Origin: Brumimicrobium glaciale
GTDB taxonomy: Bacteria; Bacteroidota; Bacteroidia; Flavobacteriales_D; Crocinitomicaceae
Direction: 5' to 3'
Length of the DNA: 64,000 nucleotides
Assembly: GCF_004152935.1 (NCBI RefSeq)
Contig: NZ_SETE01000003.1
Location: 387,876 to 451,875, forward strand
The notes beneath the pieces are model-generated. The model did not search any database, had not been told where the DNA came from, and was given only the letters and a program-made list of their open reading frames with translations. Every line of letters begins with the position of its first letter. Within the stretch, counting starts at the first letter, position 1. A program made the translations under genes and the position numbers. Below, one piece after another: positions 55,695 to 64,000 of the stretch.

Positions 55695-58527
55695 ATCGTG
55701 TGTCTTTATATAGAGTAACGCTTTTTAAAGCACTTGAGTTACCATTTTCTAATTCAAAGAAAGTTGCATTTCCGTTGTGCCAATGGTAACTGTTTGAAAT
55801 TCGAATCATGTATTTATTTCCCAACTCTTTATTGATTTCAAACTTAAACAAGTCTAGTTTATTTCCCAAGGAATCTTGTAAAATTAAGCTTTTCGTTGTC
55901 TTATCGAAATCATCATTAAATTCAAATAATAAATACGCATGTGAATTATTATTCGCTAAATCTCTAATTGAAATTGGATCTGCTAATTGTGTTTTCCATT
56001 CTTGAATTGTTTCTAAATCTTCAAAGCTATTTCGCTGATAAAAGTCATGAATATAATGTGCTGTTTTCTTATAATTATAAACTTCTGGAGATTTAGAAAC
56101 AGAATCTTTTAATGCCAAATAATCGTTTTTAATTTTAAAATCTTTCGCTATCCAAATGCGTTTTTCACTAATGATTGAATAAGGTTCGTAATTTTTATAA
56201 ATGTATTCAGCGACCAGATAATAGCGCATACTGTTAGGTATTCCATCCGTTTCATCAAACCATGATTTTGGATAAGAAGAAAACACCACCACAGGAACAT
56301 CTTGAGGATTTACAGCATTCAATAAGTGCAATTGTGAAAAATCATCTACACTATTTTGAAGATTCTGACAAAAATATCCAGGCACTTCTTTCCCTGAATA
56401 ATAGTACAACATTGGTGTATTTGAAAAATCTAAGAAGGTTTCTTTCCCCGTTAAGTTATCCTCTAAAAAGTTTTTAAAATCTCTAAGCTCACTAGCATAA
56501 AAGCCATGGTTTGGTTTCGTTCTGCGTAATTCTGTTTTTGCAGCAATATCAACGTTTAATGTGATGAAAGCATTTTTCTTAATTGCCTTATCAAAAGTTC
56601 CAAATTCTGGTTGATAAGGGAAAAATCTGAATATTAAAAACAAAGAGAAACAACCAATATAAAAAAGTGTTAATCGATTTTTTACTACATAATTTCGAAG
56701 CAAAAACACAATCAATAATGTCAGCGCAAAATAAAATGTAGTAATCACTGCGCCATCATTATTTTCTGCATAACCATGCCGAACGATTCCTCTTTGTGCA
56801 TTGGCTAAAGAAATCAAAAAGAAAAACAATGAAGTATGTAAAATCAATACATCACTTTTACTGATGTTCAATAATTCCACTTTTTTCCATAAACGAAAAA
56901 CAATATAAAGTATAGAAATCACGGATATCAGCGGCAAGAAGAAATAAGAAATATAAAACTGATGTGGATATTTGTAGGCAATTTCAGAATATCCATGGGC
57001 TTGATTTCCGCTCACATAATGCAACGCAACTCTAAAGTTTTCTAAAATAGTACCTCCACCTCTCAATAAAATAGCGACAATAAGAAGTCCTAAAATTATG
57101 GCAATCGCAATGAAAAACCCCTTAAAAAGATGCTTCCACTGAATTGAAATAGTTTTGGTAATAGTTAAGAAAAGGAAATAGAAAAAACTTGAAATTAAGG
57201 CAGCATAACCGGCGTCAATTTTCCAAACAATCAAAAGAATTACAGAAGCAAATAAGAAGAAATAAAGTTTCGTTTTTGATTCTTTTAAAATCTGTTGAAT
57301 AATAAAAAACGGAAGTATACAATAGATTAAATCATTGGAAAAAACCTCTGTTAAAAATGGAAAGGCCAGAACAAATAAGAGAGAAAACGCTGGTCTTTTA
57401 AACAACTTGTTCAATACAAAATAAACGACTAAAAGGAACATCAATCGATTAAAGAAGAAGTAAATCTGAAAATCTAATTCATTATTGTACCCAAAAATAA
57501 GTGAGTAAATAATGCCGTACCATTGTTCTGCAAACATGTGAGAACTCATGAAATCAACAAATGGAATTTCACCAAACCTAAAGATTCGCATTATGGCATT
57601 CGCTGGATTCCCTAATTCAAAAAGCTCTGTGTTTTGTTGAATAATTGGAAAGTAATAAATCAATAAACAATATGCGATGATGATGGAAGGCGATAAATAT
57701 CTTCTAAAAATGAATGTTGTGTTTTTTAATTTTTTCTTTTTAAAGTAAATGAAACCATAAAACACAATTAGAGAAAGAGTGAAAAGTAATAAGTACAGTT
57801 TTCGATACCCTAAAAAATCATATCCTTTTTGATATTGGAGAATTACCAATTCTATAGCTAAAAATGAAAGTAAGGAGAGAAATATCAGCGGAATAAACAG
57901 ATGATTTATTTGTCTAAAAGTGAGTTTTGAAAATTGATTAATTATGAGAAAGACTATCGTCAAAAAGAATACGGAAAAGACATAAACTAATAAAAAATGT
58001 TCTGTTCCTGTTAAATACAAAACGGCAAAATAGACTAAAAATCCATAAGATAAAATGGAATTACTCAGTACCTCGGCTTTGAATATTTTAAAGGATTTTA
58101 TACCGCTATTTGCAAATCCATAAATGATTATTTTGTAGAACAACAGAAAGGAAATCAAATAAATAAGCATTTCTGTTTCTACTCCGATTACTTGAATTAA
58201 GGTAATTGAAATCCCAATACTACTCAATAACAACAATACAGATTCTTGTTGTTTTTGAATTTTTATGCGCTGAAAAACAAAATGAAATATTGATAAATTA
58301 ATCAACAAGAGAGCAATCAATTTAAAGATCAAACCGTAAAATAAATCTACCCGACTTTGAATAGAAATCCCATCTGCCGTGGCTTGACTAATGATGAGCT
58401 TGTGCATTTCAACCAACTCAAAACTACTATTTTGATAAAGCAGTTGCAACAAAAAAATACTTACAAAAAGCGCTGTAAAAAACGTAAAGCTTTTAATTTG
58501 TAGTAGATATGAAAAAGGGTTTCTCAT
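55684..58527 (-). CDS. Large polytopic membrane protein (>=20 TM) with ~300-aa C-terminal soluble domain; possible GT-C-type glycosyl/polymerase-like protein
   Basis: 947 aa. The stop overlaps the GT9 start by 11 nt. No motif I can assign, so the function is inferred from context only. Confidence 0.5.
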   Translation of the reverse strand: MRNPFSYLLQIKSFTFFTALFVSIFLLQLLYQNSSFELVEMHKLIISQATADGISIQSRVDLFYGLIFKLIALLLINLSIFHFVFQRIKIQKQQESVLLLLSSIGISITLIQVIGVETEMLIYLISFLLFYKIIIYGFANSGIKSFKIFKAEVLSNSILSYGFLVYFAVLYLTGTEHFLLVYVFSVFFLTIVFLIINQFSKLTFRQINHLFIPLIFLSLLSFLAIELVILQYQKGYDFLGYRKLYLLLFTLSLIVFYGFIYFKKKKLKNTTFIFRRYLSPSIIIAYCLLIYYFPIIQQNTELFELGNPANAIMRIFRFGEIPFVDFMSSHMFAEQWYGIIYSLIFGYNNELDFQIYFFFNRLMFLLVVYFVLNKLFKRPAFSLLFVLAFPFLTEVFSNDLIYCILPFFIIQQILKESKTKLYFFLFASVILLIVWKIDAGYAALISSFFYFLFLTITKTISIQWKHLFKGFFIAIAIILGLLIVAILLRGGGTILENFRVALHYVSGNQAHGYSEIAYKYPHQFYISYFFLPLISVISILYIVFRLWKKVELLNISKSDVLILHTSLFFFLISLANAQRGIVRHGYAENNDGAVITTFYFALTLLIVFLLRNYVVKNRLTLFYIGCFSLFLIFRFFPYQPEFGTFDKAIKKNAFITLNVDIAAKTELRRTKPNHGFYASELRDFKNFLEDNLTGKETFLDFSNTPMLYYYSGKEVPGYFCQNLQNSVDDFSQLHLLNAVNPQDVPVVVFSSYPKSWFDETDGIPNSMRYYLVAEYIYKNYEPYSIISEKRIWIAKDFKIKNDYLALKDSVSKSPEVYNYKKTAHYIHDFYQRNSFEDLETIQEWKTQLADPISIRDLANNNSHAYLLFEFNDDFDKTTKSLILQDSLGNKLDLFKFEINKELGNKYMIRISNSYHWHNGNATFFELENGNSSALKSVTLYKDTRFEN

Positions 58528-58784
58528 TTAATTAATTTGTTGAACTAAATTATGTAATTCTCCTCAAAATTAAGTTTTCGTGTGAAAAGATGGTTAATTC
58601 TTTCAAAAAATGAACTAATAATAAAAAATAGAAAACGGATTTCGGTTAATTTACAAATTAAAATCCGTTACTATCCGCGTTGCTAACGGTAATTGAGCCT
58701 GTGGAAGGCCCGCATAATCCGCGTTCCATCATCCCAGAAAACACCTGTTTCTACATTTATTGTTTACCTTTATACTTTTAAATT

Positions 58785-59579
58785 ATGCAAAAGCTTAAAC
58801 TCACAACAGATCAAAATGTACCCATCGAAGTAGAGTTGGCAGGAATCGAACAACGACTTCTGGCTGTACTTCTTGATTTGGTTATCCTGATGAGCTACTT
58901 TGTTTTGATGTTGGCGCTTATCAATATTATTTTTACAACGAGTTATAGCAATTTCAGTGAGCAAGATTTTAGTTTTTGGTTTATTCTTTTTATACTCCTT
59001 GTTTACTTACCTTTTTCTCTTTACACCCCCTTAATGGAGTATTTCACAAAGGGTCAAACCATCGGAAAAATGGCTTTAGGAATTCGTGTAACCAAGGTAA
59101 ATGGAGAGAATGCAAAATTTAAAGACTACTTTACACGTTGGCTTTTTCGCCCTTATGAAGTATACATTTTAATGTTTGCACTTGGCGGAGTATTAGCATT
59201 TTTAGCCTCATTTTTTTTTGATACTTTGATCAGTGCTATTTCAAGTAAAAACCAAAGAATTGGTGATTTTATGGCAAATACTGTTGTGGTAAGGAAAAAA
59301 CCAAAGAAAGTTTACTCTATAAATGATATCTTAGCCATCCGAAATAACGAAAACTATACCCCTACTTATACAGGAGTTTCGATGTACACAGACGAAGATA
59401 TGATGTTGGTTAAAAATGTCATTTCTCGTGTTGAAACATATAAAAACAAAGAAACAAAAGCATTAGCAATTGAACTCGCAGATCAAATTGCAGAAGAATT
59501 AAAGTTGGAAGAAAAACCAGAGAAAAAATTGACTTTTTTAAAAACAGTATTGAGCGATTATATCGTTTTAACAAGATAA
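58785..59579 (+). CDS. RDD-family membrane protein
   Basis: 264 aa. N-terminal RDD region (RLLAVLLDLVI...), three TM helices, and a soluble C-terminal domain. Confidence 0.7.
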   Translation: MQKLKLTTDQNVPIEVELAGIEQRLLAVLLDLVILMSYFVLMLALINIIFTTSYSNFSEQDFSFWFILFILLVYLPFSLYTPLMEYFTKGQTIGKMALGIRVTKVNGENAKFKDYFTRWLFRPYEVYILMFALGGVLAFLASFFFDTLISAISSKNQRIGDFMANTVVVRKKPKKVYSINDILAIRNNENYTPTYTGVSMYTDEDMMLVKNVISRVETYKNKETKALAIELADQIAEELKLEEKPEKKLTFLKTVLSDYIVLTR

Positions 59580-59582
59580 ATT

Positions 59583-60272
59583 ATGAGTGTATTATACGTT
59601 GTTCCCACACCAATTGGAAATCTAGAAGACATCACCTTGCGTGCACTTCGCGTGCTAAAAGAGGCTGACTTTATTTTGGCTGAAGACACCCGAACTACGG
59701 GACAATTGCTAAAGCATTATGAAATTTCGAATCAATTGGTTTCGCACCATATCCACAATGAACACAAATCTATTGAGCGATTAATTGACCAAATTAAAGC
59801 TTCCAAATCAGCTGCAATTGTGTCTGATGCTGGAACACCATCAATTTCTGATCCTGGATTTTTATTGGTTAGGGCTTGTATTGAAAATGATATCAATGTG
59901 GTTTGTTTACCTGGAGCTTCTGCAATTATTCCAGCAATTGTAGGTTGTGGTTTCCCTTGCGATAGTTTCATTTTTGAAGGATTTCTTCCGCATAAAAAAG
60001 GTCGTCAAACAAAATGGAAAGCAATTGCTGAAGAACCTAGATCTGTTGTTTTGTATGAATCTCCACACCGTTTAGTGAAAGCATTAAAAGAAATGGTTGA
60101 GTATTTAGCTCCAGACAGACAGATTTGTGTAGCTAGAGAAATCTCAAAAATGTTTGAAACTTTCCACCGTGGAACTGCAGCAGAATTACTTGCATATTTC
60201 GAAGAAACTCCACCAAAAGGAGAAATTGTAGTCGTTATTAGCGCAAAAGGAAAAGAAAATAAGGATGACTAA
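59583..60272 (+). CDS. rsmI: 16S rRNA (cytidine1402-2'-O)-methyltransferase
   Basis: 229 aa. N-terminus LYVVPTPIGNLEDITLRALRVLKEADFILAEDTR and the tetrapyrrole-methylase-like fold of RsmI. Confidence 0.85.
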   Translation: MSVLYVVPTPIGNLEDITLRALRVLKEADFILAEDTRTTGQLLKHYEISNQLVSHHIHNEHKSIERLIDQIKASKSAAIVSDAGTPSISDPGFLLVRACIENDINVVCLPGASAIIPAIVGCGFPCDSFIFEGFLPHKKGRQTKWKAIAEEPRSVVLYESPHRLVKALKEMVEYLAPDRQICVAREISKMFETFHRGTAAELLAYFEETPPKGEIVVVISAKGKENKDD

Positions 60273-61290
60273 ATTATCTATACAACTCACCAAGTTTGGC
60301 GGACCAAAAGAAGCTTTTTCTTTTACTGAATTGACCATTCCAGAACCTTTAAATGACGAAGTTCAAATTTCTGTCGAACGTTTTGGAATCAACTATGCCG
60401 ATGTTATGGCGAGAGAAGGAAATTATAAAGAAGCTCCTCCACTTCCATGTGTTTTAGGGTACGAAGTCGTGGGTGAAGTAACTAAAGTTGGGAAAGATGC
60501 ACCACAAGATTTAATTGGAAAACGTGTCGTTGCTTTTACGCGATTTGGAGGATATAGTCAATGCGTAAATACCAAGCATTTTGGAGTAGCAGAAATTGGA
60601 GATTACGACGGAAATAAAGCCTTGTGTTTGGCTACGCAATATGTTACGGCTTATTATATGGCTTTTGTAGCAACAACTGTTCAAAAAGGCGATAATGTTC
60701 TAATTCATGCCGCAGCTGGTGGTGTTGGAACGGCATTAATTCAATTGTTGCGCAATAAACAAGTGCGAGTTATTGCTAAAATTGGTAATGATTCAAAAGT
60801 GAAATACTTGAAAGATTTAGGTGTAGATTATATTGTCAATTATAACAAAAGTGATTACGCTCTTCAAATAAGACAAATTCTCAATACAGAACCAATTCAT
60901 ATTTCATTTAACCCTGTTGGTGGTTCAACATTTAAGAAAGATTGGAAACTTTTAGGCTTAACCGGAACGCTCGTTCTTTTTGGTGGAAGTGAACGCTCAG
61001 GTAAAAAATGGGGAATCCTTTCAACTTTAAATTTCGTTCGCAAAATGGGAATTGTTGTTCCTATTGGACTAATGATGCAGTCAAAAAGTATCATCGGAAT
61101 AAACATGTTGAAAGTTGCCGATTTAAAGCCTTTAGTTCTTCAAAATTGCCTTAAAGAAGTTGTTCAGATGGCTATAAAAGGTAAATTAGACCCAAAAGTT
61201 GGTAAAGTTTATAACGCCAAAAATATAAGCGAAGCACATGAATTTTTAGCTTCTGGAAAATCGACTGGTAAGGTTGTTTTAGAATGGTAA
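60265..61290 (+). CDS. Zinc-binding alcohol dehydrogenase family (quinone oxidoreductase / MDR superfamily)
   Basis: 341 aa. GroES-like N-terminal domain, then a Rossmann domain with AAAGGVGTALIQL. Overlaps rsmI by 8 nt. Confidence 0.8.
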   Translation: MTKLSIQLTKFGGPKEAFSFTELTIPEPLNDEVQISVERFGINYADVMAREGNYKEAPPLPCVLGYEVVGEVTKVGKDAPQDLIGKRVVAFTRFGGYSQCVNTKHFGVAEIGDYDGNKALCLATQYVTAYYMAFVATTVQKGDNVLIHAAAGGVGTALIQLLRNKQVRVIAKIGNDSKVKYLKDLGVDYIVNYNKSDYALQIRQILNTEPIHISFNPVGGSTFKKDWKLLGLTGTLVLFGGSERSGKKWGILSTLNFVRKMGIVVPIGLMMQSKSIIGINMLKVADLKPLVLQNCLKEVVQMAIKGKLDPKVGKVYNAKNISEAHEFLASGKSTGKVVLEW

Positions 61291-61299
61291 TTTGAACTT

Positions 61300-62376
61300 A
61301 TGAAACCCAGAATCGTCATATTTGCTCCTTATCCAAAAGGGACAGCTCCTTCTCAACGTTTTCGTTTTGAACAGTATTTACCTTTGTTAGAAAAAGATGG
61401 TTACGAAATCGTTTACAATAGTTTTTTAACTGAAAAAACATGGAAATTACTTTATCTTGAAGGTAATTTCGTAAAAAAAGGAATGGGAATGTTCAATAGT
61501 TTTTTTAAACGCGCCCTTTCAATTCTAAAATTAAAAAAATCAGATATTCTTTTTGTTCACCGAGAAATGTCTCACGTTGGACCTCCTGTTTTTGAATGGT
61601 TTGTGGCCAAAGTCATGCGTAAAAAATTTATTTATGATTTCGACGATGCGATATGGTTGCCCAATTATAGTGAGGTCAACGCTAAAGTACATTGGTTAAA
61701 AGCCTATTGGAAAGTAAAATACTGCATTAAATGGGCAAATCAATTGAGTGTTGGAAATGATTATTTAGCGGAATATGCTAGGCCATTAAATCCAAACATA
61801 ACGGTTGTACCTACGACAATCGATTTAGTAAATCACCATAATCTTATAACAGATTATGATCATTTACCAGTTATAATTGGTTGGACAGGAACCCAAACAA
61901 CATTGCGTTATTTAGATGAACTGGTTCCAATTTTAGCAGAATTAGAAAAAGAATATGATTTTGTTTTCCGCGTAATTTCCAATGAAGAACCTCAATTTAA
62001 TTTAAAATCATTGGAGTTTATTCCATGGAACAAAGAAACTGAAATTAAAGATTTAGCAGCCATTCAAATTGGCGTGATGCCTTTGGTTGAAGATCAATGG
62101 TCGAATGGAAAATGTGGTTTCAAAGCATTGCAATACATGGCGCTTGGAATCCCCTCTATTTTATCTCCAGTAGGAGTTAACACCAAAATCGTGAAAGATG
62201 GTCAAAATGGCTATTTATGCACTTCTCCAACGGAATGGAAAGAGCGTTTGGTAGAGTTATTATCAAATACAGAACAAAGAAAAGTAATTGGTCAAGCAGG
62301 AAGAAAAACAATTAATGAAGCGTATTCTGTAAAGGCTAATTATGCCAAGTATTTGGAAGTTTTAGGGAAAAGTTAA
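61300..62376 (+). CDS. GT-B glycosyltransferase (family 1/4-like)
   Basis: 358 aa. C-terminal half carries a GT1/GT4-type nucleotide-sugar-binding pattern (LQYMALGIPSILSPVGVNTKIVKDGQNGYL, an E-x7-E-like motif). Confidence 0.7.
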   Translation: MKPRIVIFAPYPKGTAPSQRFRFEQYLPLLEKDGYEIVYNSFLTEKTWKLLYLEGNFVKKGMGMFNSFFKRALSILKLKKSDILFVHREMSHVGPPVFEWFVAKVMRKKFIYDFDDAIWLPNYSEVNAKVHWLKAYWKVKYCIKWANQLSVGNDYLAEYARPLNPNITVVPTTIDLVNHHNLITDYDHLPVIIGWTGTQTTLRYLDELVPILAELEKEYDFVFRVISNEEPQFNLKSLEFIPWNKETEIKDLAAIQIGVMPLVEDQWSNGKCGFKALQYMALGIPSILSPVGVNTKIVKDGQNGYLCTSPTEWKERLVELLSNTEQRKVIGQAGRKTINEAYSVKANYAKYLEVLGKS

Positions 62377-62500
62377 TTCTTATTCGTTTCAATACTATAA
62401 CTCAAATTTTGTAAACCAAAATTTTAACTAAACCAATTTACATTGCAGACTTCATTCGTTAGATAGTTTCCTAACTAAGCCCTGTAATCCCAAATTTTAT

Positions 62501-63514
62501 CTAAACCTCAGGACTTAAGTCTATTTTCAATTGAGTACAAGCGCCTTGCTCATCATACAACTCTATTGAACCATCTAGTTGTTCTATCAGCCCATTTATG
62601 ATAGCTATCCCGAAAGAATTACCTTCTAGAATTGAGCTCAAAGCTTCACCATAACCAACACCATTGTCACAGAAAGTTAAGTTAAGCATGTTCTCCTCTT
62701 TTTCAATTTTAAGAGAAATAATCATTGAATCAGAACTTGACCTTCCATGTTTCATTGAATTATTAACCAATTCTGTAATTATGAGTCCAATTGGAATTAA
62801 AAAATCAATATTTTGTTTGTAATCAACTGAATCAATACTGAATTCTATATTTTGTTGTTGAATTAATGGTCTAACAATTTGCTCTATGTAAGTATCTATA
62901 TTTACAATTCCTAAGTCTTCAGTTTTATAAATGGCTTCATATGCCATGGCAATTGAATTTATTGAATCTTCTATTTCGTGGGTTTCAATCTTACCATTTT
63001 TGTCTTTTAACCTAGATAAACTGAGTAATAATTGAAGGTTGTTTTTAACCCGATGATGCACTTCTTTAAGCAGAATATCACGTTCCTTAATGGCTTTTTT
63101 AAGCTGAAACTCATGGTTCTTTTCTTCTGTAATATCAACATGACAGCCTATTACGCGAAGTGGTTCTCCTTTTTCATTCCATTTAACAACTTTACCATTG
63201 CACCTAACCCAAATAGTTTCACCATTTTTATGGTAATAACGAATTACAATATTAAATGCGGTTTTGCCTTTTGAATTTATATGATTTTCTAATGACGTAA
63301 ACATAGCAGGCAAATCTTCCTGAAATGCTATTTTTTGCCAAGCAGCAGGCGAACTCTCCATCTCTGAATCTAAATAACCAAACATCTCTTTAAAGCGAGG
63401 ACTAAGATACTCCTCATTGGTTACTATATTCCAATCCCAAAAACCAGCTAACGAACTTTCTAAAGCACTTTCGCTTAACAATCTAAGGTCTTCTATCGAG
63501 TTATATCTTTCCAT
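62501..63514 (-). CDS. Cytoplasmic PAS-domain sensor histidine kinase, HisKA_2 type
   Basis: 337 aa. A PAS fold (...IWVRCNGKVVKWNEKGEPLRVIGCHVDITE), the H-box EVHHRVKNNLQLLLSL, and a HATPase region ELVNNSMKHG. Confidence 0.8.
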   Translation of the reverse strand: MERYNSIEDLRLLSESALESSLAGFWDWNIVTNEEYLSPRFKEMFGYLDSEMESSPAAWQKIAFQEDLPAMFTSLENHINSKGKTAFNIVIRYYHKNGETIWVRCNGKVVKWNEKGEPLRVIGCHVDITEEKNHEFQLKKAIKERDILLKEVHHRVKNNLQLLLSLSRLKDKNGKIETHEIEDSINSIAMAYEAIYKTEDLGIVNIDTYIEQIVRPLIQQQNIEFSIDSVDYKQNIDFLIPIGLIITELVNNSMKHGRSSSDSMIISLKIEKEENMLNLTFCDNGVGYGEALSSILEGNSFGIAIINGLIEQLDGSIELYDEQGACTQLKIDLSPEV

Positions 63515-63746
63515 TTACTTTATTTACGTCTTCGTTATAAATTAAAAAGGTGATTAAAAGTAGTCTATTTCAATTTAGTTCTCAATCAAAAACTTTTTTT
63601 TAATTTAATCATTTTATATGACTAAATATAATAAACTGAAGTGTTTGTTAAAAGCAGTTTTAATGAAAACCTAAAAACATCCTATTTAATATATATGGCA
63701 AAAGATAAATAAGAGTTTTAAATTACTGACCTAAATTGATTTTTTT

Positions 63747-64000
63747 TTATAATTGTTTAGCTATAATAGAAGGGTCCCACTCTACTTGGGCAGACATTAT
63801 TTTGCCATTATTATTAATTTTAAATACTTCGATACCATTAAATAAAATCTCTTTGCCATTGAAGCTCTTTGCTTTGGCTTTCCAAATTATTTTTACTGAA
63901 TCTTCTTCCAGATGTTTACTCTCAATTGTCATACTGAGTTCTGAGAAAAAGCGTATAACTCCTTTAAAGAAAATAGCCAATTGTTGGTGACCAATGTAAG
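63747..64000 (-). CDS. NTF2-like / SnoaL-like protein, C-terminal part (gene continues beyond the window end)
   Basis: The reading frame stays open upstream to the window edge. C-terminal pattern GIEVFKINNNGKIMSAQVEWD is typical of the NTF2-like fold. Confidence 0.45.
   Translation of the reverse strand, partial: YIGHQQLAIFFKGVIRFFSELSMTIESKHLEEDSVKIIWKAKAKSFNGKEILFNGIEVFKINNNGKIMSAQVEWDPSIIAKQL

Noticed and set aside
58528-58784. Possible ncRNA (SRP/RNase P-like GC-rich stretch gagcctgtggaaggcccgcataatccgcg) in the divergent region upstream of RDD
   Set aside because: It matches no SRP, RNase P, 6S or tmRNA conserved motif. It is probably just promoter/UTR sequence containing the small hairpin aacggattt...aaatccgtt.
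1-64000. Prophage, integron, IS element or defence island
   Set aside because: The translations show no integrase, transposase, recombinase, restriction-modification, toxin-antitoxin or Cas-like domains. The only mobile-looking features are the small intergenic repeat families.

Overview
The window looks like a 64 kb chromosomal segment from an AT-rich Bacteroidota genome, probably Flavobacteriia. The evidence for that is type IX secretion C-terminal sorting domains of both type A and type B, TAnnTTTG -7-like promoter boxes with short leaders, and no obvious Shine-Dalgarno dependence. Gene content is mostly housekeeping or envelope-related. It includes two tandem HisKA_2 sensor kinases, a Cys/Met-metabolism PLP enzyme, a TrkA-like protein, an SDR, a beta-CASP metallo-beta-lactamase (MBL) hydrolase coupled to a lipoprotein, EamA, an SPFH protein, an MsbA-like ABC exporter, rbfA plus an FtsX-like permease, serS, two rhodaneses, MscS-like, Crp/Fnr, a flotillin+NfeD pair, BCCT, a Usp protein, SugE, pyruvate carboxylase, BASS, rsmI, a quinone oxidoreductase, glycosyltransferases and a PAS kinase. 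I found no integrase, transposase, CRISPR array, rRNA or tRNA. The parts that look accessory or novel are: (i) a cluster of three large T9SS cargo/adhesin genes wrapped around a membrane-anchored TPR-LuxR one-component regulator, where two cargo genes share an exact 18-mer upstream; (ii) a tightly overlapping five-gene operon (SpoIIM-like/DUF95 polytopic protein, DUF4129, DUF4350-like with a bacterial-PH-like tail, MoxR AAA+ ATPase, DUF58), with an RDD-family gene 4.4 kb away, which reads as an uncharacterised membrane-associated MoxR chaperone-type system that is not the BatA-E arrangement; (iii) a GT9 glycosyltransferase overlapping a 947-aa polytopic membrane protein; (iv) at least four families of small intergenic repeats or palindromes, several of which sit next to a truncated gene or include a duplicated gene 3' end; (v) tandem paralogous secreted proteins in which the second copy's 3' end is interrupted by a ~105-bp insertion. 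Domain names come from my own motif recognition on the supplied translations and should be confirmed with HMM searches.
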